Assembly: GCA_038063755.1 (NCBI GenBank)
Contig: JBBTUL010000001.1
Location: 1 to 61,237 of the forward strand
From: Patescibacteria group bacterium
GTDB taxonomy: Bacteria; Patescibacteriota; Minisyncoccia; UBA6257; 2-01-FULL-56-20
Direction: 5' to 3'
DNA: 61,237 nt
In this document: piece by piece, positions 10,351 to 18,768 of the stretch
How the letters are laid out: every line of letters starts with the position of its first letter
How positions within the stretch are numbered: the stretch's first letter is position 1
Notes under the pieces: generated by a model
Told to the model about the DNA's origin: nothing
Seen by the model: only the letters and a program-made list of their open reading frames with translations
Database searches by the model: none
Made by a program: the position numbers and the translations under genes

Positions 10351-10920
10351 ATGTCGTCCATTCGCGAAAATATCGCCGAGGCAAAAAAGAGGCACTATCT
10401 GTTTTGGGGAATCGCGCTCTTTGTGTCCGCGCTCCTGGGAAGCGCCGCTGGGTTCCGTCTGTCTCAAGGTCCGTGTGCGATCACGGCCGAGACCGTAACG
10501 GTCCGAGGAGGATCGCTTGAGCCGAAGATCGAAAATGACGACAAAATCACCCTCCTCTATGGCTATTATAGATGCCACACGCCCAGACGTAACGACATTG
10601 TCGCCTACCGGTACGCGCCGAGCAAGGACCCGCTTCTAAAGATTGTTCGAGGCATTCCTGGAGATACGCTCGCAATAGTAGAGGCCGAAAGAAAACTCTC
10701 GAACATAACGATAAATGGGATAATTCTCGAAACTTCGGAGGGAAAACCCTACCTCCTTACTCCGAACCAAAAAGACCTTCTCTCTCTTTATATCAAAGAC
10801 CACGACGGAATTATTCCACAGGATTCTTACTTGCTCTTAAGCAATCTTGCCGAAGGAGGAATCGATTCAAGAACCTTTGGTCTCGCCGGACTTTCGGATA
10901 TGCTCGCGAAAGCGAAGTGA
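10351..10920 (+). CDS. Signal peptidase I (S26 family)
   Basis: GGSLEP (Ser), LLKIVRGIPGD (Lys), DSRTFG; N-terminal TM. Start moved to ATG 10351. Confidence 0.85.
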   Translation: MSSIRENIAEAKKRHYLFWGIALFVSALLGSAAGFRLSQGPCAITAETVTVRGGSLEPKIENDDKITLLYGYYRCHTPRRNDIVAYRYAPSKDPLLKIVRGIPGDTLAIVEAERKLSNITINGIILETSEGKPYLLTPNQKDLLSLYIKDHDGIIPQDSYLLLSNLAEGGIDSRTFGLAGLSDMLAKAK

Positions 10921-12372
10921 CTAGAAAGTTTTTTCGGTGCGCACATACACGCAAGCTAGATATGTTGGCGTACTACAGCCTACGCCGGTATTAATAGCTC
11001 CATTTCCGGCTAGCTGTACTGCCGAGAAGGTGCCTGTATCCGTCCAGTTTAAGCAAAATCGGGAAGGATCAATAGAGCTTACTGCCTGTACCCAGATAGC
11101 TACGCTCCAGGGATATCGAGATCCTAACAATCTTATATTATCAATTGATGCCCATACCGATCCTGGATAATCATTCTGGCATTTTTGATTCCCGCCCTTC
11201 AGCCCGCCCAGACTCCCGTTAAACGTAGTCGAGGTATATCCCGCAAAAGATACGCTGCTTGTTGCAAGCGCGGTGTCTACATACCCTTTCGTCGCCACGT
11301 CGGATGATCCTGTTGGAGTCGAGATGCCAGTGATGCGATGACTATACATCACCAATTCGCCTGTCGTTAAAACATCAAGAATAGTAGAATCGGAAGTTCG
11401 ATTATAAACCCTAAAGCCGACGGTTGCGGGTCCGTTTATCTGCCACTCGATATCCGGTCCGCTTGATGAATCCTGGCGTATGACGAAGAAATCATCCGCA
11501 ACATCCGTAATGATTGACGGCTTTCCCCCAAGCTGGGTCCAGTTCTGAACTTTGATGTCTCCCGCAACGGAAAGCTTGTTTGAAAGCGTGGTGGTGCCAA
11601 TGCCAACGCGCTGGCTCGCGTCGACATAGATCGCGTTAAGCGAGTTGGTGAGGATGCGGAGTGGCTTGCTGTTTACGCTGTTGATGCGGGACTCTACGGA
11701 AGAATTATTGTATCCCATGTAAAGCTGCGTTGTACCAGTGTTGTCAATGTATTCCGGCCTTGGATATCCGGAAGCGGAGGTGTTTCTGATGCCCATCACG
11801 GGAACACCAGCGCCCGACCCCACAACATAGAGCGCATAGGATGGCGCGATTCCGACTCCGACACTTGCAGGGAAGGTGTAGTTTCCTCCTCCGGTATTCG
11901 CGCCGAAGGCGCCGGCGGAAGTTCCCGTCGCAGTTACGGTTGTGCCGGACGCGGCAGCTGTGGTCTGCGTCGTACCGTCAGGGAAGATGAATCCTCCGGT
12001 CGTTGACTCGATTGATCCTCCTACGCGAAGACGGGTGGTGCTTGCTGTCGGGGGAAATGTGGCGGTTGCAATAGTAACTCTGCCATCGTTTCGGACATTG
12101 AAGATGCTCGTATTTCCCGCATCAATGATACGGATGGAATAGATGGTAGAAGAAGCTCCTGTTGAGGTAGCGGCAACCAAGAGGCGGGTGTCCCCCGGAT
12201 TTGTGGTAGTGCCGATTATGATGTTTGCAGAGGTGTCGATCAAAAACGAACCGGAGCCGGACCCGGGACTTTGCGACCCTGGACCAGCGACAGCGTAGAC
12301 AAAATAGAAACCGCCGCCGCCAAGCGAGATAAGAAAAATCGACAAAAGAAATAGCTTGCGTTTTGTGCTCAT
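10921..12372 (-). CDS. Secreted fibre/adhesin-like protein A with VGIGT repeats and a C-terminal DUF1554/C-type-lectin-like tip
   Basis: Signal peptide; VGIG..L.V.G repeats; DVATKGYVD; tip TFNGSLGGLKGGNQKC...CVY. Its ATG overlaps the upstream TGA. Confidence 0.75.
   Translation of the reverse strand: MSTKRKLFLLSIFLISLGGGGFYFVYAVAGPGSQSPGSGSGSFLIDTSANIIIGTTTNPGDTRLLVAATSTGASSTIYSIRIIDAGNTSIFNVRNDGRVTIATATFPPTASTTRLRVGGSIESTTGGFIFPDGTTQTTAAASGTTVTATGTSAGAFGANTGGGNYTFPASVGVGIAPSYALYVVGSGAGVPVMGIRNTSASGYPRPEYIDNTGTTQLYMGYNNSSVESRINSVNSKPLRILTNSLNAIYVDASQRVGIGTTTLSNKLSVAGDIKVQNWTQLGGKPSIITDVADDFFVIRQDSSSGPDIEWQINGPATVGFRVYNRTSDSTILDVLTTGELVMYSHRITGISTPTGSSDVATKGYVDTALATSSVSFAGYTSTTFNGSLGGLKGGNQKCQNDYPGSVWASIDNIRLLGSRYPWSVAIWVQAVSSIDPSRFCLNWTDTGTFSAVQLAGNGAINTGVGCSTPTYLACVYVRTEKTF
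11963..12238. repeat. 276-bp exact direct repeat, copy 1 (copy 2 at 13890-14165)
   Basis: Base-by-base comparison by eye, offset 1927. Confidence 0.9.
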
Positions 12373-12869
12373 GGGGTGTATACGCACGGAAGATAATATG
12401 AATTACTGCACGCTGGGGAATTGACCGCTCCACCGGCATAGAGCGTATTGCCGTCTGCAAAAGAGCCAGTATACGAAGCGCTATTGCTTTGGTAATGGAA
12501 GCATGAGGTCTCAAGCGCGTAAGTAACATCAGCGAGCCACACGCTTTGCGTCCAGGGGTAGCTGGCGCCGAGCTTCACGAGCTCCTCTGCATCTGCCCAG
12601 ACTGAACCAGAATAGGCAGCATTGCACCATATGTTCCCTGTCTTTATTGAAGATGGCGTCCCTCCCTTCCACATGGAGCCGTCGAATGTTGTCGTGGTAT
12701 ACCCGGCCCAACGGACCGTTGTTGTCGCCGCCCATACGTAGGAGTCGGTCGAAATTTTTTTATCGAGCTCTTCCTGGAGGGTACCGGACGGTTTTAAAAA
12801 ATACGAAAAAAGAAACGAACCGACAAGCGTTGCCATCAATATCAGCACTTTAAAGGTTGCTCTCTTCAT
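12369..12869 (-). CDS. Small membrane-anchored protein consisting almost only of the same lectin-like tip domain
   Basis: TM helix, then RWAGYTTTTFDG...GNIWC...YPWT...CVY, homologous to the tips of the two neighbours. Confidence 0.75.
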   Translation of the reverse strand: MKRATFKVLILMATLVGSFLFSYFLKPSGTLQEELDKKISTDSYVWAATTTVRWAGYTTTTFDGSMWKGGTPSSIKTGNIWCNAAYSGSVWADAEELVKLGASYPWTQSVWLADVTYALETSCFHYQSNSASYTGSFADGNTLYAGGAVNSPACSNSYYLPCVYTP

Positions 12870-12877
12870 GTAGATGT

Positions 12878-14311
12878 CTAATACGTACAAGCAAGACGAT
12901 ATGAACTAATACAAGCATCGCTTGTAACGTTTGTGGTGCTCATCACTCCTCCTTGATAAGAAACACTGTTCGTTGCCCACGACAAACACGATGATCCGTC
13001 CATGAGCCACACGCTATATGTCCAGGGATAATTACTGCCAAGCGCCATAAGTTCGCTCATCGATGCCCAATGAGAACCGCTGTAATTTGAATTGCAAATG
13101 ATATTCCCTTTCCTTACCCCTCCCGTTCCACCGCCAATCGCGCCATCATACGTTGTTGTCGAATACCCTGCCCAACGAGTTGGGACGTTTACTGAATCCA
13201 CATACCCCTTCGTCGCGGCGTCCGTCGAAGCGGTCGGGGTCGAGACACCGGTTATTCTGTTCGTAGCGGTTATGAGTCCGCTTGTGGAAACGGTAAAAAG
13301 TACGCTTACGGCAGTTCTGTTTACAACCTTAAAAGCGTCACCGGCTGATCCGTTCATCTGCCACTCGATATCCGGTCCGCTTGATGAGTCCTGGCGTATG
13401 ACGAAATAGTCATTTGCAACATCAGTAGTGATTGATGGCTTTGACCCAAGCTGGGTCCAGTTCTGAACCCTAATGTCTCCTGCGACGGAGAGCTTGTTTG
13501 AAAGCGTGGTAGTACCAATGCCAACGCGCTGGCTCGCGTCAATAAAGATCGCGTCAAGCGAGTTGGTGAGGATGCGGAGTGGCTTGCTGTTTATGCTGTT
13601 TATTCTCGACTGACCGTTGGTATTGTCATACCCCATATAAAGGTTTGTCGCCCCGGCGCTATCTATGTATTCAATGCCAGGATAACCAGTTGCCGAAGTA
13701 CTTCTTATTCCCACAGCAGAAGCAGCGGCCGACCCCACGACATGCAGCGCATAGGATGGCGCGGTCGTGGTTCCGATCCCGACACTTGCAGGGAAGGTGT
13801 AGTTTCCTCCTCCGGTATTCGCGCCGAAGGCTCCGGCGGAGACATTCGCGGCAAGTACCGTCGAGGTCGCAGCAGCAGAAACTGCCGTCGTCTGCGTCGT
13901 ACCGTCAGGGAAGATGAATCCTCCGGTCGTTGACTCGATTGATCCTCCTACGCGAAGACGGGTGGTGCTTGCTGTCGGGGGAAATGTGGCGGTTGCAATA
14001 GTAACTCTGCCATCGTTTCGGACATTGAAGATGCTCGTATTTCCCGCATCAATGATACGGATGGAATAGATGGTAGAAGAAGCTCCTGTTGAGGTAGCGG
14101 CAACCAAGAGGCGGGTGTCCCCCGGATTTGTGGTAGTGCCGATTATGATGTTTGCAGAGGTGTCGGCGATAACCGCGCCCGAAGTAGAAGTGGATGAGCT
14201 TGAAGGACCAACAAACGCGGCGGTTTTAAAAACCGTAACTGCAAGGTACATGATCGCGGAGATGGCAAGAATCGCTGCCGCGTATAGTATTTTCTTCTGT
14301 GCGTTTCTCAT
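12878..14311 (-). CDS. Secreted fibre/adhesin-like protein B, paralog of 10921-12372
   Basis: Same shaft repeats, DAATKGYVD, diverged Cys-containing tip. Confidence 0.8.
   Translation of the reverse strand: MRNAQKKILYAAAILAISAIMYLAVTVFKTAAFVGPSSSSTSTSGAVIADTSANIIIGTTTNPGDTRLLVAATSTGASSTIYSIRIIDAGNTSIFNVRNDGRVTIATATFPPTASTTRLRVGGSIESTTGGFIFPDGTTQTTAVSAAATSTVLAANVSAGAFGANTGGGNYTFPASVGIGTTTAPSYALHVVGSAAASAVGIRSTSATGYPGIEYIDSAGATNLYMGYDNTNGQSRINSINSKPLRILTNSLDAIFIDASQRVGIGTTTLSNKLSVAGDIRVQNWTQLGSKPSITTDVANDYFVIRQDSSSGPDIEWQMNGSAGDAFKVVNRTAVSVLFTVSTSGLITATNRITGVSTPTASTDAATKGYVDSVNVPTRWAGYSTTTYDGAIGGGTGGVRKGNIICNSNYSGSHWASMSELMALGSNYPWTYSVWLMDGSSCLSWATNSVSYQGGVMSTTNVTSDACISSYRLACTY
13890..14165. 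repeat. 276-bp exact direct repeat, copy 2
   Basis: Identical to 11963-12238. Confidence 0.9.
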
Positions 14312-14340
14312 TTGTTCGTAGGAGACTTATTAGATCACTC

Positions 14341-14730
14341 TCATTGTGCCGCTCTCTTTTGCGCAATAGCTTGGATAAGTGGGCTCTCTTCACTAAGCTC
14401 GGTCTGCCATAAAATGTTTTTTGGATTCAAGTACAGCACATCCTTTGGACCCCATACTGCGGACTTAAAAGAAGTAACTCCGAGCTGAGGCTGGTTCTCA
14501 GGAGAAACTCCTCGTTCCATATACCAGACGTCGGTAAGGTGAGGACGTGGAAACCCTGATAACTTTCCGAAGTACATATCTCCGGAAACAAGATACACGA
14601 CCGTATAACCCGACTCGCCTGTTTGCCACACGTTCGACCTGCTCAAAAAAAGTCCACCATATACTCCGAGCGCGACGAGGATCAATGCACCAACTGCCAC
14701 CACTGCAAACTTTTTCTCTTTTAAAAACAT
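14341..14730 (-). CDS. Hypothetical membrane-anchored protein
   Basis: N-terminal TM, then a beta-rich domain (VVYLVSGDMYFGKL). Confidence 0.8.
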   Translation of the reverse strand: MFLKEKKFAVVAVGALILVALGVYGGLFLSRSNVWQTGESGYTVVYLVSGDMYFGKLSGFPRPHLTDVWYMERGVSPENQPQLGVTSFKSAVWGPKDVLYLNPKNILWQTELSEESPLIQAIAQKRAAQ

Positions 14731-14747
14731 ATATCGATAAAATTATT

Positions 14748-15299
14748 TTATTTTTTTGGAACGACCGTGATGTATCCTATTGGTCCTTTTTCCGGACCGC
14801 CGCAGGATTCGCAGTAGAGAACGAATTTCCCCGCCTGGTTAAATTGCCCCTCAAGAAGTCGGGACGACCCTTTCGGAATTGAAAGACGATATCCGTTGTC
14901 CGGCTGTACAACTTCGTACGCTTTATCAACCGCCTCAAAATCTATATGCGCCACATCGCCGACGTACAGTGCGAGAGAGTCCGGTGAAAAAATATTTTTT
15001 TCGATTCTCACTCTGAACTCTCTTATCTTCGTATCGGCTCCGGGACCCGACGGGCGCACAACGGATGGCGAGGCGATGCCCGCAATAACTCCCCCCGCCT
15101 CTGGAACGACTGCCCCGCCTGGAACCGGAAGGCGGGTTTTTGATTCAGGCAAACCGCCTTCACTAAGACTGGCTACTCCGGAATCAGTAGGAGGAACTTG
15201 TTTAACTTCCTCTTTCCGCAATGCAAACAGAAGCGCTACTCCAAGCGTAATTATGATAATGACGAGCACGATTTCGATCGCAAGTCTTTTTTTGTCCAT
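14748..15299 (-). CDS. Membrane-anchored cupredoxin-like domain protein
   Basis: FSPDSL.L.VGD and GKFVLYCESCG resemble a cupredoxin fold. Confidence 0.7.
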   Translation of the reverse strand: MDKKRLAIEIVLVIIIITLGVALLFALRKEEVKQVPPTDSGVASLSEGGLPESKTRLPVPGGAVVPEAGGVIAGIASPSVVRPSGPGADTKIREFRVRIEKNIFSPDSLALYVGDVAHIDFEAVDKAYEVVQPDNGYRLSIPKGSSRLLEGQFNQAGKFVLYCESCGGPEKGPIGYITVVPKK

Positions 15300-15337
15300 G
15301 ATTCTTTATTATACCCTATCGGACAGTAAAAAAATCT

Positions 15338-16207
15338 TCACCACGAAGACGGACCCAGGAGGTTCGTCCAAGCATATGTCCCGCCGTTCTGACGGATACA
15401 TGCCTGGACCGTGTCGGTTGCCACCGCATTTTGCACGATCCAAACCGTCCCACGCTGGGATGAATCGCATGTTGGTTGCGCGGTCGCGGTATTTACGCGG
15501 ATCCCGCCATTTACCTCAAGCGTCTGTCCGGGAGAAACAACTCCCACGCCGACGTTTGATCCGCTGAAATATATCGTGTTATTGACCGACTGCCAGTCTC
15601 CGGCGGAAGCACCGAGCTTGTAAATGTTTCCGGTTGACGGAACAACGTTTGAATCAAATGTCGCCGCCGAAACACGAGCGATTGCCGTATCGAGTATCTG
15701 CGTAAAGCGCTGCTGCGGATTCGCCGTTACGTATTCTACGGTGAAATCAACGGCGACCGAATCGTGCCCTGGCGGGTTCGCTCTTTTTTTAAACGCCATG
15801 CTCGAAACCGTCACTCGATTCGACGTAAGCGCCGTAAGAGATCCTGCGTCCGTTTCTCGCAGGTAGACCACCCCATCCTGAACGATAATATACGTCGGGT
15901 CTGCGGTTGAGGATGCCATGCGAAGCTTGAGCGTCGTAGTGCTCGTATCCGTCGGCATCTCAATCACGCTCGATTTTTCCACGAGGCGCTGAATATTTTG
16001 GAGAACGAATTGGCTCTGTCCGTTTACCTCGGCCGCAGCGATTTGGCGGACTTGTACGCGCGTAACGCCAACCAAAATTCCAAGAAATCCGATCATCGCT
16101 CCGCTGAAAATGGCAACGAACAGCAAAAGCTCGATTAAGGAAAAACCTTCTCGAGAATCCAGTAAATAGAATCTAGAAGCTAGTAGCCGACGTAGCCGAT
16201 TTACCAT
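15338..16207 (-). CDS. Type IV pilin-like protein (prepilin N-methylation motif)
   Basis: REG|FSLIELLLFVAIF class III signal; C-terminal Cys pair and fibre-like repeat. Confidence 0.88.
   Translation of the reverse strand: MVNRLRRLLASRFYLLDSREGFSLIELLLFVAIFSGAMIGFLGILVGVTRVQVRQIAAAEVNGQSQFVLQNIQRLVEKSSVIEMPTDTSTTTLKLRMASSTADPTYIIVQDGVVYLRETDAGSLTALTSNRVTVSSMAFKKRANPPGHDSVAVDFTVEYVTANPQQRFTQILDTAIARVSAATFDSNVVPSTGNIYKLGASAGDWQSVNNTIYFSGSNVGVGVVSPGQTLEVNGGIRVNTATAQPTCDSSQRGTVWIVQNAVATDTVQACIRQNGGTYAWTNLLGPSSW
16167..16186 (+). repeat. Left arm of a perfect 20-bp inverted repeat flanking the four-helix-bundle gene
   Basis: TAGAATCTAGAAGCTAGTAG; reverse complement at 16610-16629. Confidence 0.92.
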
Positions 16208-16216
16208 ATGGGGTAA

Positions 16217-16573
16217 TTATAACTTATTGAGCACCGTATTTATCATCTTCATTACCTCGCCAAGCTCGGCTTCCAGAGCCGCATATTCCACACCGCTCAA
16301 ATATCCCAACTCTAGGGCGATTATGAGTTGCGTTTCGACCTCCGCACCGGAACCATAAGCTATCCGTAAAAATTGTGTTTTTTCGCCTGAATGTTTTCGA
16401 TTGAATCCTTCTGCGATGTTCGACGGGATCGAAACACCCGCCCTTCTTAGCTGACTTGTCAGTCCATATGTTTCTTCCCGAGGAAACCGGTCAGTCGCCT
16501 TATAAAGACGGATGACAAAATCTTTGGCTTTCTGCCACATAATAAGGTCTTTGTACGATTTCACGTTTCCCAT
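16217..16573 (-). CDS. Four-helix-bundle protein (TIGR02436 / 23S rRNA IVS protein-like family)
   Basis: SYKDLIMWQK, FPREETYGLTSQLRRAGVSIPSNIAEG, GSGAEVETQL. Start placed at ATG 16573 because the TTG at 16609 lies in the repeats. Confidence 0.92.
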   Translation of the reverse strand: MGNVKSYKDLIMWQKAKDFVIRLYKATDRFPREETYGLTSQLRRAGVSIPSNIAEGFNRKHSGEKTQFLRIAYGSGAEVETQLIIALELGYLSGVEYAALEAELGEVMKMINTVLNKL

Positions 16574-16609
16574 GTTTGGAGCTTCTAAATCCTGATTTTC
16601 GAATCTCAA

Positions 16610-16629
16610 CTACTAGCTTCTAGATTCTA
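16610..16629 (-). repeat. Right arm of the 20-bp inverted repeat
   Basis: CTACTAGCTTCTAGATTCTA on the plus strand, inside a 7-bp periodic tract spanning 16581-16643. Confidence 0.92.
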
Positions 16630-16640
16630 ACTTCTCTATT

Positions 16641-18119
16641 CTATCTCCTATCTTTCGGAGTTACCCAAAAACCAAGTCTGAATTTTCCTCCAAGCATAAG
16701 ACGGGTCTGCGCCTCGAGTCCGGGAAATGCACCGAAAATAATGAGCGTAATCGGGATGAAAATCCACTCAACAACATAGAGCGCGTAGTGACGCATGCGG
16801 AACCACTTTGGTTTCGGCGGTAAAAGAACGACGCTCATAATAGCCGAAGTCGCGACCCCAACCATTGAAAGACCGATCACGAAACGAGTGATGCGCGGAA
16901 GGCTGTACGAGAGAAGTGACGCGCCGAAGGCCATTCCTCCGAGCGCGACCGGAAGCCAGCCGAGCGCAAAAATCATAAGCGAGTTCGTCGCCCAGGAGTG
17001 GTACCCCTCAAGCACGGTGAACGTCCAAAAGATCTTCCTTCGTGTCGAAATTTTTTTGCTTTTGCGAAGACCGTCCAAAAGGTACGGCACGTTTTCCGAT
17101 CCCCATCCCCATCTTCGCTGTTGCAAATAAAGATTTTTCATCGTCCCCCAAAATGTCGGCGCAACATTCGCGTCCATCGAAACAGGATATTCAAGCGGCA
17201 CAACCTTGAAATCTCCTTCGTAATGCAAAAAACATTGCCAAAATATTCGTGAATCCTCTGAAACCATGTCGGTGTGCCAATACCCGACATCCAAAAGCGC
17301 GGTGAAGGGAATTGATTGCGAAGAAAATGAAGTAAGGCGCTCAGGACGAGCCTGCTGCATCATCTGCCAGAATGTTGCGGAAAAAGATACCACTCGGGCG
17401 AGCGCGGGAGCCTGAAACACGTTGTTGGTGAAAAACGGAACGGGCTGATAGATGGCTCGCAGACGATCTGGTGTGTCAAGAAAAAGATAGGTAAGTCGTC
17501 CAAAATATTCCGAGAAAACTTGAGTGTCAATATCAAAAACCGAAACCAAAATATCTTCGTACGGAATATGGCGCGCATCCACGATTTCTTTCTTTGCCTG
17601 TTTTATCGCCCATGTTTCGTTTGCCCCTTTTCCGGCAAGCTCTCCAGAGATATCTCCAGGGTGATTTGTTACAAGAAAGCTTCCAAACTTCTCGCCGAAT
17701 TCCTTCTTTATCCTCTCGCCGACCGTTCGCGCCGCCTCCCCCGCTCTCTCCTCAAGGGCAAGTACGACATGAAGCTTCTCCTTCGGATAGTTTCCTTGAA
17801 GAATCCTTGAGAAGCTATCCAGAACAACCTCGTATGGCTCCTTATACATAGGGAAGAGTACGAGGTGCTGAACTCGGCCCCAATCCCCTTCAAATCGCTC
17901 GTTGAGTCGCAAAAGCCAGTTTTCACTCATATTTCTCTTCATTGCAAGAAACGCGACGCGTAGATGAAAAGAAAGGTAAATAGTCTTGAGAAGCCAATAG
18001 ACATCAAAAAGAATAATGAAAACCGAAACCGCAGCAGGCAGTTTCCACGAAAAAACCACCATGAGGATGAGGGTTGTCCACGCAAGCGCTCCTGGAAGAA
18101 TTTCGAAAAACCGATACAT
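16641..18119 (-). CDS. Glycosyltransferase family 2 membrane protein (cellulose-synthase-like)
   Basis: LAGKGAN, DID (DxD), SEDS, QQRRW (QxxRW) motifs with flanking TMs. Confidence 0.9.
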   Translation of the reverse strand: MYRFFEILPGALAWTTLILMVVFSWKLPAAVSVFIILFDVYWLLKTIYLSFHLRVAFLAMKRNMSENWLLRLNERFEGDWGRVQHLVLFPMYKEPYEVVLDSFSRILQGNYPKEKLHVVLALEERAGEAARTVGERIKKEFGEKFGSFLVTNHPGDISGELAGKGANETWAIKQAKKEIVDARHIPYEDILVSVFDIDTQVFSEYFGRLTYLFLDTPDRLRAIYQPVPFFTNNVFQAPALARVVSFSATFWQMMQQARPERLTSFSSQSIPFTALLDVGYWHTDMVSEDSRIFWQCFLHYEGDFKVVPLEYPVSMDANVAPTFWGTMKNLYLQQRRWGWGSENVPYLLDGLRKSKKISTRRKIFWTFTVLEGYHSWATNSLMIFALGWLPVALGGMAFGASLLSYSLPRITRFVIGLSMVGVATSAIMSVVLLPPKPKWFRMRHYALYVVEWIFIPITLIIFGAFPGLEAQTRLMLGGKFRLGFWVTPKDRR

Positions 18120-18154
18120 TAAATTGGATTACCGCAATTTATGCGCTTCCCAGC

Positions 18155-18550
18155 CTACCACAGAAAAGCATCTACGGCATACGATCCTCCGCCAAGCGAA
18201 AGGATTGCAAGGGCAGTTGCGAAAATGAAAATATCAAGCTCGTAGCCTCCGACAAACGAATCTCCCTTCTTGATTTTCCAAATGAGAATCACGAGGAATT
18301 GAACGACAAGGAGTGCCGCTAGAGCCTGTGAAAGAAAACCGAGAATAAGAGCGATTCCTCCAAAAAACTCGAGAAGTGTCACCACAACCGCCCAAAACAT
18401 TCCGGGCTTGAATCCTTCAGATGCAAACCAGGCTCCCGTTCCCCGAATGTTTTTTAGCTTCGGAATTCCATGTATCGCAAGAACTAGCCCGAGAGCGATA
18501 CGAAGTGCTAAAAGCCCCCAGTCGTCCCAAATGTATAGAAGTGGAAACAT
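18155..18550 (-). CDS. DoxX family membrane protein
   Basis: LLALRIALG...HGIPKL, EFFGGIALILG, GGGSYAVD. Start moved to ATG 18550. Confidence 0.9.
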   Translation of the reverse strand: MFPLLYIWDDWGLLALRIALGLVLAIHGIPKLKNIRGTGAWFASEGFKPGMFWAVVVTLLEFFGGIALILGFLSQALAALLVVQFLVILIWKIKKGDSFVGGYELDIFIFATALAILSLGGGSYAVDAFLW

Positions 18551-18683
18551 AATCGTTTTATTTGTTAATTTTGCGGCTTCGATGCAAGCCTTTTGTGAAG
18601 TATAGCACGGACCAGCAATTTTAACTCCCGGTAAAAATTTCCGTACTGTATGTACGGAAAGAACAAGCTTCGTGCTTGCGCAT

Positions 18684-18759
18684 GGCTCCATCGTCTAATA
18701 GTTAGGACGGCGCTCTTTTCCGCAGAAGGCGGATTTTCCTCTGGAGGACACGGCGGAAC
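18684..18759 (+). pseudogene. Degenerate 5' fragment of a tRNA-Glu with two palindromes inserted in the anticodon loop
   Basis: GGCTCCATCGTCTA...TAGGAC..CGCTCTTT[30 nt]CACGGCGG aligns to the tRNA at 19008; no T-arm or 3' acceptor. Confidence 0.65.
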
Positions 18760-18768
18760 CATTATGTG

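Noticed and set aside
10921-14311. Shufflon (invertible PilV-type tips)
   Set aside because: All tips are on the same strand with their own starts; no inverted sfx-like sites between them and no recombinase nearby.
14896-15567. 223-aa plus-strand ORF and similar antisense ORFs over mrdA, atp, rpoBC and lon
   Set aside because: Shadow ORFs opposite well-supported genes.
10921-16629. Diversity-generating retroelement (lectin-like tips plus an Avd-like four-helix gene)
   Set aside because: No reverse transcriptase in the window. The tip sequences differ by indels and at all base types, with no non-coding template differing only at adenines. A remote DGR acting in trans cannot be excluded.
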